DNA of 64,000 nt from Macrostomum lignano (taxonomy: Eukaryota): the NCBI GenBank assembly GCA_002269645.1, contig NIVC01002030.1, forward strand, positions 50,000-113,999. Reading direction: 5' to 3'. The notes under the pieces are model-generated. The model saw nothing but the letters and a program-made list of their open reading frames with translations, searched no databases and was not told the origin of the DNA. Made by a program: the position numbers and the translations under genes. The first letter of the stretch is position 1. Each line of letters opens with the position of its first letter. Positions 23,300-36,381 of the stretch are shown here, piece by piece.

Positions 23300-26200
23300 C
23301 TACACGATCGCAACTCCATCGCTCTGCCGGCTCTTCTTGTTTTTCTTCTTCTTTTTGGCTGGCGGAGCCTCGCCGTCGACGTCGGCAGCGTCGACATCGA
23401 CGGTGGCATCGCCGTTGCCCTCAGCTGTCAGCTCAGATGAGACGCTCTTCGATCGCTTCTTTGCTTTCTTATTTTTCTTCTGCTTTTGCAGCTGGTCATC
23501 AGCGGCGTCATCAGCGTCCGCATCGCCGTTGTCGACATCGACGCCGGGCTGGGCTAGCTGGGCCAGCTGGCTGTCCCGTTCGCGCTTCTTCTTTTTCTCC
23601 TTGCGTTTCAGCTTGCGCAACAGGCGGGTGCTGGCGGCCGCGGCTTCAACAACAGCGGCGGCCATCACCTCGGCATTCTTTGGCGGATTCTCGCCGCTGG
23701 CCAGGAAGGTCAGGCGGTTTTCCACCTGCCGGCGGAGGTGCTCGCCGAATACGCCCGTTGGCACCTCGCTGAATGCGTCGATGCGGGTAGCGATGGACGC
23801 CTGACGGTGGGCAATGGCGGGCGGGGGCGGTGATAGCTGTCCAATGTACCCCCCTGGTTTACGAAAGTGCAAAGCCCACTGGATGCTGGGACTGGCATTT
23901 GGGATGATGGAGCTGTGATTGGGGATGATGGAGCTGTGATTGGGGATGATGGAGCTGTGATTGGGGATGCTGGAGCTGTGATTGGGGATGATGGAGTTGT
24001 GATTGGGGATGATGGAGCTGTGATTGAGGATGATGGAGTTGTGATTGGGGATGCTGGAGCTGTGATTCGGGATGCTGGAGCTGTGATTCGGGATGATAGA
24101 GCTGTGATTGGGGATGCTGGAGCTGTGATTGGGGATGATGGAGCTGTGATTGAGGATGATGGAGTTGTGATTGAGGATGATGGAGTTGTGATTGGGGATG
24201 CTGGAGTTGTGATTGGGGATGCTGGAGCAGTGATTGGGGATGATAGAGCTGTAATTGGGGATGCTGGAGCTGTAATTGGGGATGATGGAGCTGTCTTTAA
24301 AGGGCGGGCGGCGTTGCGGCTATTGCGGTGGCAACTACACAGAGAACCGATGGCTAAACGACGAATGCATGCGCAGAAACCCGTATACTGTACTGACTGT
24401 AGCAGAGCAAACACACTAAAGCAGATTAATCAAATCCGAACCTTGCTAGCCAGATAGCGAGACACCCGACCCTTGTGCTCGCGAGCCGCTTTGCCAATAA
24501 AGGTGGAATGAAAGATCAGGCCGTACTTTGGCGTATTGCCGCGAGTTTTAAGTGCCCGGAACAGGGCCTTCTCGGCGCCAAGGATTTGCACAGTAGAGGC
24601 GGGAAATTTGGCCAGATTGACCAGAGAGCCGGCGTGGGCAATCAGCCTGGCAGCGACCTGATCGCCAATCAGAGTTGACAGATTAGGCGCCACCTGGGTC
24701 ATCTTGTCAATCAGATAGGTGTGCAGCTCGCGCCTGCGCCCGATCATAGCCGAAATCCGGCTGGCAAAGTGCCGAATCTGGGCCAGATCTATCTCGGAGA
24801 TGTCCATGCCCATTGAGGAGCGCATAGCGTCGTGAATAGCCTCGGCCTTGGCTGTGTCCTGCACAATGGCCTCGAGTTCGTCAGGCTTGGGCTCGGCTAA
24901 GTACTGCTTGCGATCGCCTACGTACGAGGCCACGGCCACGTAGGTTGGATTGTCCGTCACCAGGCGGACCAGTTCTGGGAAATGGTAGCCGTACCTGCAC
25001 AGAGGGTGAGTGAGTGAGTATTACTGCTCATTTGATTGACAGCTTGCAGTGGCTTTAAATAACCCATTGTGATGGGCTAGGTACACGGGATAGGAATAGG
25101 ATAAATTCATTGGGATTTGGCAGCGGCTGATCAAAGGGGATCTACTTGTATTGGGATAGGGCAGCGGCTGATCAAAGGGGATCTACTTGTATTGGGATAG
25201 GGCAGCGGCTGATCAAAGGGGATCTACTTGTATTGGGATAGGGCAGCGGCTGATCAAAGGGGATCTACTTGTATTGGGATAGGGCAGCGGCTGATCAAAG
25301 GGGATCTACTTGTATTGGGATAGGGCAGCGGCTGATCAAAGGGGATCTACTTGTATTGGGATAGGGCAGCGGCTGATCAAAGGGGATCTACTTGTATTGG
25401 GATAGGGCAGCGGCTGATCAAAGGGGATCTACTTGTATTGGAGCGGCTGATCAAAGGGAATCTATTGGGATTTGGCAGTGGCTGATCAAAGGGGATCTAT
25501 TGGGATTTGGCAGTGGCTGATCAAAGGGAATCTATTGGGATTTGGCAGTGACTGATCAAAGGGAATCTATTGGGATTTGGCAGTGGCTGATCAAAGGGAA
25601 TCTATTGGGATTTGGCAGTGACTGATCAAAAGGGAATCTATTGGGATTTGGCAGTGGCTGATCAAAGGGAATCTATTGGGATTTGGCAGTGACTGATCAA
25701 AAGGGAATCTATTGGGATTTGGCAGTGGCTGATCAAAGGGAATCTATTGGGATTTGGCAGTGACTGATCAAAGGGAATCTATTGGGATTTGGCAGTGACT
25801 GATCAAAGGGAATCTATTGGGATTTGGCAGTGGCTGATCAAAGGGAATCTATTGGGATTTGGCAGTGGCTGATCAAAAGGGAATCTATTGGGATTTGGCA
25901 GTGACTGATCAAAGGGAATCTATTGGGATTTGGCAGTGGCTGATTAAAGGGAATCTATTGGGATTTGGCAGTGGCTGATCAAAGGGAATCTATTGGGATT
26001 TGGCAGTGGCTGATCAAAGGGAATCTATTGGGATTTGGCAGTGGCTGATCAAAGGGAATCTATTGGGATTTGGCAGTGGCTGATCAAAGGGAATCTATTG
26101 GGATTTGGCAGTGGCTGATCAAAGGGAATCTACTTGTATTGGGATGGGGCAGTCTGAATAGAAACGAACCATTCTCGAACGCGCATAGCAAAGGTATTGA

Positions 26201-26747
26201 TGTCCTTATCCAGCTGGTCCAGCAGGTTAATGGCCTGTATAATCATGTTATCGGCTCGGTTCACATTGAACTTGAGCTTGGCACGGCTGTAGCCGTGGGC
26301 CAGGCCAATCTGGGCCTTGTTCTCAGCCACTAGCGACAGGCCGCGCACCAGCTTAGGGAAGTGCTGGCGGCAGCAGCGGGTCAGCTCGGGAAATGAGCCG
26401 GCGGCGCTGCAGCGGACGCCCAGCTCCTCCTTGATGGAGTCGGCCAGCTTAGAGTGGCCAACCCCAAGCAGCGGCTTGCCAGTTTTGGGCAGATTGTTCT
26501 GCAGAAATGCGCGCAATTCCTCGTGCAACACGCCCTCGGAGATGGCGTTGCCGTTCTCTAGCGCGGACAGGGAGCTCTTGAACGGCGAGTAGGCGACCAG
26601 CTTGACTAGCGAATTGAATTTGCCAACATCGGAGCCGGCGGCCTCGGCCTGGGCTGAGATTAAGCCCAGCTCTTCTGTCTCTTTCACCTGGAGCAGCGCG
26701 TAACCGCTGGCGTGCTCGAATAGCAGGTAGACCGGCTCTGCCGACAT
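23300..26747 (-). CDS. NOP56: Nucleolar protein 56 (box C/D snoRNP core protein), 3 exons, ~543 aa
   Basis: Exons complement(26170-26747, 24442-24994, 23300-23800), GT-AG with consistent phases. [11 protein letters not shown] and [22 protein letters not shown] favour NOP56 over NOP58. Also [36 protein letters not shown] and a Lys-rich tail. Confidence 0.97.
23890..24295. repeat. 21-bp minisatellite in NOP56 intron 2 (GATGGAGCTGTGATTGGGGAT)
   Basis: About 19 units, directly visible; explains the AVIGDDG and SPITAPS ORFs. Confidence 0.95.
25110..26135. repeat. Two-phase minisatellite in NOP56 intron 1: 41-bp units (~25130-25440), then related 35-bp units (~25445-26130)
   Basis: Units GATCAAAGGGGATCTACTTGTATTGGGATAGGGCAGCGGCT and GATCAAAGGGAATCTATTGGGATTTGGCAGTGGCT. 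Confidence 0.95.
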
Positions 26748-26906
26748 TGCTGCTCTGCGGGGGTTGTTGCATAATTGCTGACTGATAGCTATTGGCCTAT
26801 TGTGCATGCCTGGGAATTACTAATCATAAAAAATAGAGGACTCGATGTACTTTAGACGAATGAAATAACAGGCTGTACTTTTGACTGTCGGGGGGATTAC
26901 AGGGCG

Positions 26907-27448
26907 AACTCTAAACTGTCTGAGATAGCAGGATGCACTCTAAACTATCTGAGATAACAGGGTGCACTCTAAACTATCTGAGATAGCAGGGTGCACTCTA
27001 AACTGTCTGAGATAGCAGGGTGCACTCTAAACTGTCTGAGATAGCAGGGTGCACTCTAAACTGTCTGAGATAGCAGGGTGCACTCTAAACTATCTGAGAT
27101 AGCAGGGTGCACTCTAAACTGTCTGAGATAGCAGGGTGCACTCTAAACTATCTGAGATAGCAGGGTGCACTCTAAACTGTCTGAGATAGCAGGGTGCACT
27201 CTAAACTGTCTGAGATAGCAGGGTGCACTCTAAACTGTCTGAGATAGCAGGGTGCACTCTAAACTGTCTGAGATAGCAGGGTGCACTCTAAACTGTCTGA
27301 GATAGCAGGGTGCACTCTAAACTGTCTGAGATAGCAGGGTGCACTCTAAACTATCTGAGATAGCAGGGTGCACTCTAAACTGTCTGAGATAGCAGGGTGC
27401 ACTCTAAACTATCTGAGATAGCAGGGTGCACTCTAAACTATCTGAGAT
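26907..27448. repeat. 29-bp minisatellite upstream of NOP56 (ACTCTAAACTGTCTGAGATAGCAGGGTGC)
   Basis: About 18 units, directly visible. Confidence 0.96.
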
Positions 27449-28564
27449 TCCGGTGCTAAATTCCAGAGATAACAAGCCCTAAATTTCGGTACTAGCTGAT
27501 AATAAGCATATAATAAACAGGGCAAACAATATTTGAGCCAACGTCTGAAAAAATCAAAAGCTCACAAACGTCACTAGCCGACACCCGTTCAGTCCAGATG
27601 CGCTCAAGCCATCTGCTGGTCAGTAGTCAGTAGCGAAACTTTCAAACCTTTTTTATATTTCACTTGCTCTTAATTTCAACAACAGTAATATATGTATAAT
27701 ATACGGATCGAACACATGAAACAGTAGGGTGAACATAAAAATTGGTTTAGTGCAAGGTAGCGATTACAGTGGCAGTCAACCAGGCACCGCCACAGCATCT
27801 AGCAGGAGAGCGGGGAATAGCATTTAAAGAATCGAAAAACACAAGCTTTTATTGTCAGACTCCATCCGGACTGGGAAAGCGGCATGATAACTCCATTATT
27901 AGCTTCCAGTCCAAGTGGTTCAGGAGGGAAGTGTCCATAAAGTACATCAGGACAAGGCAATGCCATAGTAAAACGTGTCTGCGTTCGCGTGTGGACTGTG
28001 AGCGGATCGTACTAGATCTTATTATAGAAGTGGCTTACCCGCTGCAAACGGTACATAGGCCAAGACTCCTACGATTCTACAACTCACGCGATGAACTCGT
28101 GATTCAACAATCTACTCTCCGTCGCATTACAGTCGATTGAGTCATTAAAAGGTCACAAGAGGTCGCCCCAGAGTTGTTTTTAAAGCCGTTTGCAACGTTA
28201 TCAATGGGTTAATAGTAGTAGTATGATGAAACAATATTTTTTGCAATTCTTAAATTTTTGCAACGTGCTTTGAAGATCAATTTAGGCGAGAAAATAGGTC
28301 AGCAACTAGCATAGATGGGTACAAACAGAGTCAACCAAGAAACTCAGAGACAATTTCGATAGAAGCTGAGTAAAGCGTGCTACTTGTTGATTTAGCGTAG
28401 AATTTTTCCCACCAAAAAAATAAACAAGCGAAAAATGTATGAATGACTTTTGCTATGTCTGCAGACACGCACACAGTTTCAACAAGCGCAAACAATTTAA
28501 CACGGAAGTTAATTTGAATTAGTGCCAACAACAAACTGACAAATTGAGCCGGCCGCGCTTAAGC

Positions 28565-31500
28565 TTAATCTGTTGACACGCTAGTAGTTGGCGGCAGGAT
28601 TTTTACCACGTTGCCAATAGCAACGGTGCGACCCTCGTCGCGCAGGGTGACGCGGCCCATCTGGGGAAATTCCGAATAGCATTCTACGCAGATGTTGCCG
28701 CCTTTCACCTGGAGCCGAACAACTGCCAGCTGGTCCTGCTTGAGAAACTTGGGCCGCACCTGAATGAAATAAGGAATGAAATGGGAAACAGGATGAAAGC
28801 TGAAAATCGAAAAGATAATTCTTGTGGATCAAGGGGTATAGATAAGTAAGCCATTTGACTGCCTTATATTGGGGTTTAGGTTAAAATCACATACTAGAAT
28901 AACTAGATGGGCCACTCAGCACATTTGCATGTAAACTACTTTCAGTTCAGTAGTAAGTTAAACAGAAGCATTTTTGTACTTTTAAAGCCAAGACTCTATT
29001 GGCTCTTACCCCCCCCCCAGCTTAAACCCTCCAACCGCATCTTTTCACACTACCCCCCAGAGCACCGCAATTTTTATTGCCTTCCTCGGAATTCCAGCCT
29101 AAAGCTGGCATGTACATTTCAGTGGACTGGCTAATGTACATTATTGCTAAACCAATTAGCAAGTTGTTTACGCCTGCTTGGGCTTCTAAACTTATCAAAG
29201 TCATTTCAGCTGCCTTGTTTTTATAAAATAGCTTATGTATTTTTCTTTGCTACTGAACTGAAAGTAGAAAGTTTTTTTACTAAGTATATGTCTGAGTGGT
29301 CCATCTAGTTATTTTAGTGTCTGTGGTTAGGATCGGTATTGTAAATTTAGTGAACTTGTCTATAGTTTATTACAAAGAAATTTATATCGCCAACACGATA
29401 CTAACAGTAGGGAAGTAGTGTAGATTGTAGATAAAAGCTACTTAAATTATAAAATTCATTACCTGTTGCTTCTCGCCAGTCTTCTTATCCAAAATGCAAA
29501 TCAACAGCTTAATGCTGACCTCCTCAACGCAGGTGTGCAGATGCAGAACAGCCGAATATCCGGCGCATATGATCGACTTGTGCTCCAAAATCATTATCTT
29601 GGCGTCGAATATGTCTGTCACGTGACACGGAGTCGGCTGGTGGCACAGAACGAATCCGGGCGAGACCTCTTCTTCTTCTACGCCTCGAAGCTTCAGCTTG
29701 ACAGAATCGCCGCTCTCAGCCTGAGATTAATCGGGTTAATGGTTTCTAGGTAGGAGTAGGCATGCAACTATTTCCACAGCCTTAATTATCTATCAGTACA
29801 CTGGCCCTGCCCTTCACTAGCACATCAGTTATGTACAGCACACCTCTACAATTATGTACAGGTTTTTATTAGCAGCAGGGGGCTGCGTGCACCATGGCGC
29901 ACTTTAAGCGACATTGTCACACAACCGGCAAGAGGCATTGCTGCCCATTCCGCCGACTCCCCTGAGCAGGCACTCAAGCGCGCGGATACGTACGCAGTCA
30001 CACGCACAGGCACACACTCACACAGGAGTGTACAGCGGCCTTAACTTTATTTATCGTTAGGCGTGTACACTTCACTGTGCCTTGAGTGAGTGAACTGAAG
30101 TGATATGCCTTCACAATTAATGTGACTGCACTTGGAATCGAGCCTGGGCCGCTGGATCGTCAGAGCGCCGCGCTGGACCATTGGGCTACGGCTCCCTATT
30201 GTGAGCACATACAAGCGCGCCAATACTGTACGCAGACACAGCACTCGTACACACGCTCACACAGGGTGTACAGAGACCCTGGTTTTCTAATCGTCAGGCA
30301 TGTACACTGTCTGTGTTCTAAGGGTTGGCCTTCATAGGTGTGAATCGTCCAAATGAATGTGGCCGCACAGGATTCGAACCACGAGTCATGGCGTGATCGA
30401 GTCAGACGCGTTTACCACTGAGCTGCTCTGCCCCAAATCTCTCTAGTACCCAACTCACCTGAGAAACATCGAGCTCGTCCCACCAGAGACCAACAATGTC
30501 TACATTGACTCTATTGGGCATCATTAGCAGCTGGTCGCCCTGTTTCAGCCGGCCGGCCTCAATCCGGCCCATAACAATGGTGCCCATATCCCGGTACTTG
30601 TCCGCAATGGGCAGCCGCAGCGGAGCGTCGGACAGCCGGGACAGAGTGGGCATCTGGTCCAGATAGTCTAGCAGAGTCGGGCCCCGATACCACGGACACA
30701 CATCCTCGGGCACGGAGTCCCTGAGCCAGCCGCCGGTCAGGCCGCTGCACGGCATGAAATACAGAGAGCTGGATGCGAAGCCGCACTTGCGCAGAAAGGG
30801 CGTCAGCTTAGATTTGCACTCCTCGTAGCGCTGCTCGGCCCACTGCACGGTTGGATCGTCCATTTTGTTAATGAGTACAATTAGTTGGCGTACGCCTGCG
30901 GTTTTCACTAGCATGGCGTGCTCCCGGGTCTGGCCGCCCTTCTCGAAGCCGGTCTCGAATTCGCCTTTTCTGGCGCTGATCACCAGGATGGCCAAGTCTG
31001 CCTGCAAATCGTTCGCAGGGGGAAAATCAGGCATCAGTTAGGATACATGTTTTGTGAAATTTGGGATTCTATGTCTCACAACTGGGATTTATGTTTCAAT
31101 TGATTTGAGCTTTTGAGCCTTGGCACACGGATTGCGGTTTATAGATTAAGCCTGGGAACTGGGATACTAGATCAAGGATTTGGGATTAAGCCTGGGAACT
31201 AGGATACTGGATCAAGGATTCGGGATTAAGCCTAGGAACTGGGATACTAGATTAAGGATTCGGGATTAAGCCTGGGAACTGGGATACTGGATTAAGGATT
31301 CGGGATTAAGCCTGGGAATTGTCGTTCAGTGATTAGGGATTGAGTCTTGGGCCATTTCAAGGATGAAACAATAAAAATCAAGGATTTTTTATTAGACTCA
31401 AGATCAAGAATTACCTGAGAAGCGCCGCCAATCATGTTGGGCACAAAGGATTTGTGTCCGGGAGCGTCCAACACAGTAAAGTGCTTCTTATTTGTCTCGA

Positions 31501-34500
31501 AGTAGGCCCGGCCAACTTCAACAGTTTTGCCTTTCTCCCGCTCTTCAGCGTTGGTGTCAAGAGCCCAGCTGAGGTACCAGGTCTCTCTGTTCTTCTCCTT
31601 GGCCTCGCGTTCGTACTTTTCCAATGTGCGCTGGTCCACCATGCCAGTAAGGTAGAGCAGGTGACCGCCTATGGTGGATTTGCCGGCATCGACATGGCCA
31701 ACGAAGACCAGGCTGAGGTGCTCCTTGCGAGTGTCCGCCTTGGCTGAGCGGCTACTTGGAGCCTCATCATCGCCTTAATAATAGTTATTTGCAGAGTTTA
31801 TATTATATAGGCAATATAAGCTCAGATAAAACTTGATAAGATTATAAAATTGCCTAGATTCATTAAATACCCTTACTCTTTGTCTGTTTAGTTTTTAAAA
31901 GTTAAAAAGTTTTCAAAAATTGTCACTTTTGTGATTTTTTTATTCTTGGTCTACTGCAACTTACACTGGCTGGATAGGCTAAGTTGGTCAGCAATTGTGT
32001 ACGAGTGAAGCTTAGTAGGACAGTTAATAAATTTTATCAACAACTTGTTTTAAATCAAAATTATGAATGCAAATTTATTTCTCATTGATTTTTTTCTAAA
32101 AAAAATATATTTAAATTAGGTGCTTAAAGAATGCTGGCTCAATAGCTAGAGATACCAAGCACATGGTCAGTTAAACTTAAATGCATCTTTAATGTACGTA
32201 ATGTATAGTTTATGCAGATATTATAATTTCAACATTATTATTTCAACATATTAATCTATAATATATTGTTTTTATTATAACAATTTATAACAATATAATT
32301 TCAAATATTTGGATTTTTTGTCCATTTTCAAACAAAAATTCTATAACTTCATTAAAGTCTTTACTCTTGCTACTAATTTTGCTTGTAACATAATATTTGA
32401 TTTATAAAAAATGATATGTAAAACACTAATATAATTGATATTAAATAGTAATAGGTTATAGTAAATATTACGAGGGGTGTCCCAAAGTTCCCGGAATGTC
32501 TAAAGTAACTCTTCAACAGAGCCATGAAATTTCACGCCCATGGTGTCAAATGAAAGGAAATTTTGTCACAAAGAATACAAAGTTAAAATCATGTTGATAT
32601 CTTTTTTTATTCAAGAGCTACAGCAAGAAACGTATGCAAAGGTCAGGGGTAGTGTTACACAACCTCAACAATCTATGGCAATAATTTTTTCATCTCCATT
32701 TTTGGAGTTTTTTATTTTGAATTCATTCACAGCAGACTGGCCATCTCTAAAGCATTCGATCCATCCGTAAATTTCAGTTTTTCAGGCTGTTCTCACCGTG
32801 GATGGAGAATAAGTGGTCAGAAATCTTGGCTCCACTCCATCCTACTGACCAAAGGGCAAAAACTTGACTTTGCTGACTTTCAAGGCTCTGAAGAGAACTC
32901 AATTTTGCAAAGAAATTTCAAGTTGAAAGCAAGCGCTTGGTACGAATTATCTGCACTCGCGCAAAAGCTCAGATTAGCTTTATGAGCATTTCTGCTTTTT
33001 TCCATAGACACTACCACATCTTTCTGACACGTCAGTAGCACGAATTCAAAATGAAAAACTCCAAAAATGGAGATGAAAAAATTATTGCCATAGATTGTTG
33101 AGGTTGTGTAACACTACCCCTGACCTTTGCGCACATTTCTTGCTGTAGCTCTTGTCTTGAATAAAAAAGATATCAACATGATTTTAACTTTGTATTCTTT
33201 GTGACAAAATTTCCTTTCATTTGACACCATGGGCATGAAATTTCATGGCTCTGTTGAAGAGCTACGTTAGACATTCCGGGAACTTTTGGGACACCCCTTG
33301 TAGTAAATAGTAAATATTAATTCTCAATTAATATTATATCTTCTTTAAGAAATCAAAGCTATGCAAGACACTAAATATTAGTTTGTTTAAATGTACCAAC
33401 TATTTATTATAATATGGTGATAGTAAATATTATAATAATTCAATCTATATTCTTAGAGCTTTTGAGTTAAGACTAAGAGCAACTTATTCATTTTGAAAGG
33501 CTGAGAAATAGTTAAGAGAAATATCCAACATAAATGGATAATGGTCTCTATATTTTGTAACTTTCACTATTGATCTTATATTTATTGCAAGTTGCAATAA
33601 CAATTGCCATTACTTGTTTTATATACTTTAGTAGTTGAAGATAAGTCTTTAAATTAATATATATATATATATATAAAGTCAATTAAATATATTTAAATTG
33701 ATTATATAAAGTCAATAAAACCAGAAATTATATACAAAGTAAAAATGAAAAAGAAAAGATAATGTTGACAATTTTTATATTTGTACTAAAAATAAATTCA
33801 TTGCATTTATGATTTATTGCATTTTACTATGATATTTAATTGCTTTTGTAAATCATGATCAAATAATTTTTGCTGAAACAAAAAATTCACAATATCTCAT
33901 GCTTAACTAAATATTTCATACTTGTCTAACTTATATATTGTTATGCTATAATTAAGAGCCTTTGGGCTTTTTAGCCTTTTTTATCAAAGATTTTTCTTTT
34001 TAAGAATTCTTCTATTTTAAAGTTTCTAAAATTGCAAATCTAATATTGGGCATTATTCTTAATTAGTTTTTTATCTTAAACCCAAACTATTAAGTTTACT
34101 TTAAGGCTAATACTGCCTTTCTAGTCATCTAACTAAGTAATATATATTTACAATAAGTCTAAATTTGTGTAATAGTGCTACTTGAATATTTTTACCTTGA
34201 ATGAATGTAATAGTAATTCTTAATTAATATTATATCTTTTTTAAGAAATCAAAGCTATGCCAGACACTAAATATTTGTTTGTTTAAATGTACAACTATTT
34301 ATTATAATATGGTTATAGTAAATATTATAATTCAATCTATATTCTTAGAGCTTTCAAGTTAAGACTAAGGGCAACTTATTCATTTTGAAAGGCTGAGAAA
34401 TAGTTAAGAGAAATATACTAAAAGAGAGAGTTGGAGAGTAATTCAAAGAAATATACTAGAGTTTTACCATGACCCTCTGATCCTGATAACATCTAGACTG

Positions 34501-36381
34501 GAAAAGTTTATCTACTAGTAGACTGCTCAATGCTAGAAGTATACATTAGATGCTATGGTTTCAACCTACTTCGGCGAAAGAATTTTTGGCGAAAGTCAAT
34601 AATGGCAAAAAATACTTTTGCAATGACCATTTCATCTAAAGCTGCCCATTTCGGCGAAAAATTTATTCCAAGCTTTGCTGAAAAGTTTTTTGTTTTAGAA
34701 GAAAGTTAAAAAGAAAAATGACGAACTTTATAAAGACTAATTTTATCGTGACATGTTTTGTTTTGTCGCAGTTTAATTGAGTTGTTTTATTAGATTCCCA
34801 TCCATTACGGCGGAATTTTAAAGTACGATTTTAGGAGCCTGGATAATCTGAAAAATCACACTGTCATCATCCCTAATCTATCGACTGCATATTGATAAAT
34901 TGCGCTCATGTACATAACATTGCTACGAGCTAAGTCATGAGTTTTAAAATTTTGTAACTGCAAATAATTTGCAGCAATGAAAATTTATTAAAAGCTTCAA
35001 TCACCAAAGTGGTATATTTGCAATATATACGTAGCCTACCTTTTCGCCGAACTAGTCACTTTCTTTTGCTGAAATGTACATCTATTAAAACTTAAAATTC
35101 ACTTTCGCCAAAGCGTCTTTTGCCGAAAATTCCTTTGCCAAAATGGGCTGCACCCGATGCTACTAGAATTATATATAAAATGGTATCTAGAAATGTACTA
35201 AAGAGAAATCATTACCTAATTCCAGTAGCGCAACCAGAAATTTTTTGAGGGGAAGGGACAGATTCTGGAGGATAAAGTCCCAGGGGCAGAGGGGTAGCTC
35301 TGTTTTTGGCAAAAATTTGCATGGTCCCCCTTTGATTTTTTTTAGGTCTCTGGGGCAACCACCCTGTCCCTACCTTCCTAGTTGCGCCACTGACTAATTC
35401 TAAGAAATAGTTAGACTTATTAATAGTGCTATGCCATTTAATTAATTAAGAATAAAGAGTTAATCCCTAGTACAACTTGGTATTAGCAGCTGGAATTTTA
35501 ATAGAGAGAAGTTAGCCTCTATGACATTTGCTTGAAGTTCTATTTGCTAGTCTAAACTGGCAATGGCTAGAGTTCCGGCACCAGAACCCATTTTCTAAGG
35601 GCTAAGGATCTGGCAGTGCCATTATAATATAGATGGAACATTATAGGGGCCTATTTTTCTTTTTACATGTGGCTGATATTGAGATTTTGTTCTAGATTAA
35701 AATTTAAGACAATATGATAAGATTCGGGACGAGATGCTTCTAATATTCAGACTTTTTAAGATATGTTCTTAGCAGTCTTTATATGCTTCTAAGAGATAGA
35801 TTTATAAGAGATAGATTAGCAAGTCTAAACTTCTAAAGGCAAAACTCAAAATTGACAATGTGATATTTAAAAAAATTGAAGCTAAAAAAATAGTGTGCAT
35901 AAAAATTGCAATTGCTTAAGCTAACAAAGTTATATCATATCAAAATCATTGATTGACCCTAACTTAAAAGAAACAAGACAATAAAATTACCTTTATCAGC
36001 ATCTGAAGACAACAATGAAGCATTTGATGCCACTTTCTGCATTTCGCTATCTTTTACACTTTTCATTAAGTGTGACTGCAATGATGGCTCACTCTGTTCA
36101 GAATCCATCTTTTGATCTTTAACCTGAGACACAGATGCTGCTGCTGCAGCAGTTGTATTATCATTTGATGATGCAGGTTTATCCTCTTCCATCGCTTCCT
36201 CAGCATTGGATGTCCCAACAGACGGCTCCTGCTTTTGAGCTGGAGCTTGGGGTGTAAAAGTTTGTTGCCCAGGTACAAAGGCTGGAGCGTTAATATTGCG
36301 TCCAGGGACAAATACAGGTGCATCAATGTTTAGTTTTGAGACATCGTTGCCTAGCTGACTGGCTTCTTCTTCCCAACTCAT
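28565..36381 (-). CDS. GSPT1: Eukaryotic peptide chain release factor 3 (eRF3/GSPT/Sup35), 5 exons, ~581 aa
   Basis: Exons complement(35991-36381, 31415-31773, 30459-31001, 29463-29720, 28565-28759) with consistent phases. Tandem PAM2 motifs (LNIDAPVFVP, NINAPAFVP), GHVDAGKST, DAPGHKSFVPNMIGGASQADLA, NKMD, and C-terminal QMGRVTLRDEGRTVAIG. Confidence 0.97.
28892..29319. mobile_element. MITE-like inverted-repeat element in the last eRF3 intron
   Basis: ACTAGAATAACTAGATGGGCCACTCAG is mirrored by CTGAGTGGTCCATCTAGTTATTTTAGT. An inner inverted repeat is also present (CTACTTTCAGTTCAGTAG / CTACTGAACTGAAAGTAG). Confidence 0.6.
29935..30428 (-). mobile_element. Two tandem copies of tRNA-derived SINE family B in eRF3 intron 3
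   Basis: The right copy has a clear head GCTCAGTGGTAAACGCGTCTGACTC...GGTTCGAATCC on the minus strand. Its body GTGTACA...CACACGCTCACAC is shared with 29935-30190, 46030-46215 and 62745-62925. Confidence 0.75.
31144..31320. repeat. 40-bp minisatellite in eRF3 intron 2
   Basis: GATTAAGCCTGGGAACT units start at 31144, 31184, 31224, 31264 and 31304. Confidence 0.9.
32471..33300. mobile_element. Tc1/mariner-type foldback MITE with ~240-bp TIRs
   Basis: TA|CGAGGGGTGTCCCAAA...TTTGGGACACCCCTTG|TA; 32471-~32712 is mirrored at ~33055-33300. A TA TSD is the Tc1/mariner hallmark. Confidence 0.9.
33310..34415. repeat. ~210-bp direct duplication (about 33310-33530 and 34210-34415) in eRF3 intron 1
   Basis: AATTAATATTATATC...AAGAAATCAAAGCTATG...GGCTGAGAAATAGTTAAGAGAAATAT is present twice. 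Confidence 0.85.
34557..35154. mobile_element. Putative MULE-type MITE
   Basis: Imperfect TIRs rich in TTCGGCGAAA/TTTCGCCAAA; flanks AGATGCTAT and CGATGCTAC resemble a decayed 9-bp TSD. Confidence 0.5.
35223..35392. mobile_element. 170-bp hAT mini-element
   Basis: CAGTAGCGCAAC...GTTGCGCCACTG ends; TSD CCTAATTC/ACTAATTC (7 of 8 match). Confidence 0.75.

Noticed and set aside
23710-24457. Repetitive ORFs (SPITAPS)n and (AVIGDDG)n resembling mucin or antifreeze proteins
   Set aside because: They lie inside NOP56 intron 2 and derive from a 21-bp minisatellite.
23801-26169. Intronic snoRNAs, expected from NOP56 host genes in other animals
   Set aside because: No convincing box C/D pair with a terminal stem or H/ACA layout by eye; snoscan or Infernal would be needed.
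30360-30428. tRNA gene (also 46545-46615 and 22710-22775)
   Set aside because: A and B boxes are present, but the acceptor and anticodon stems do not close and each continues into a shared SINE body.
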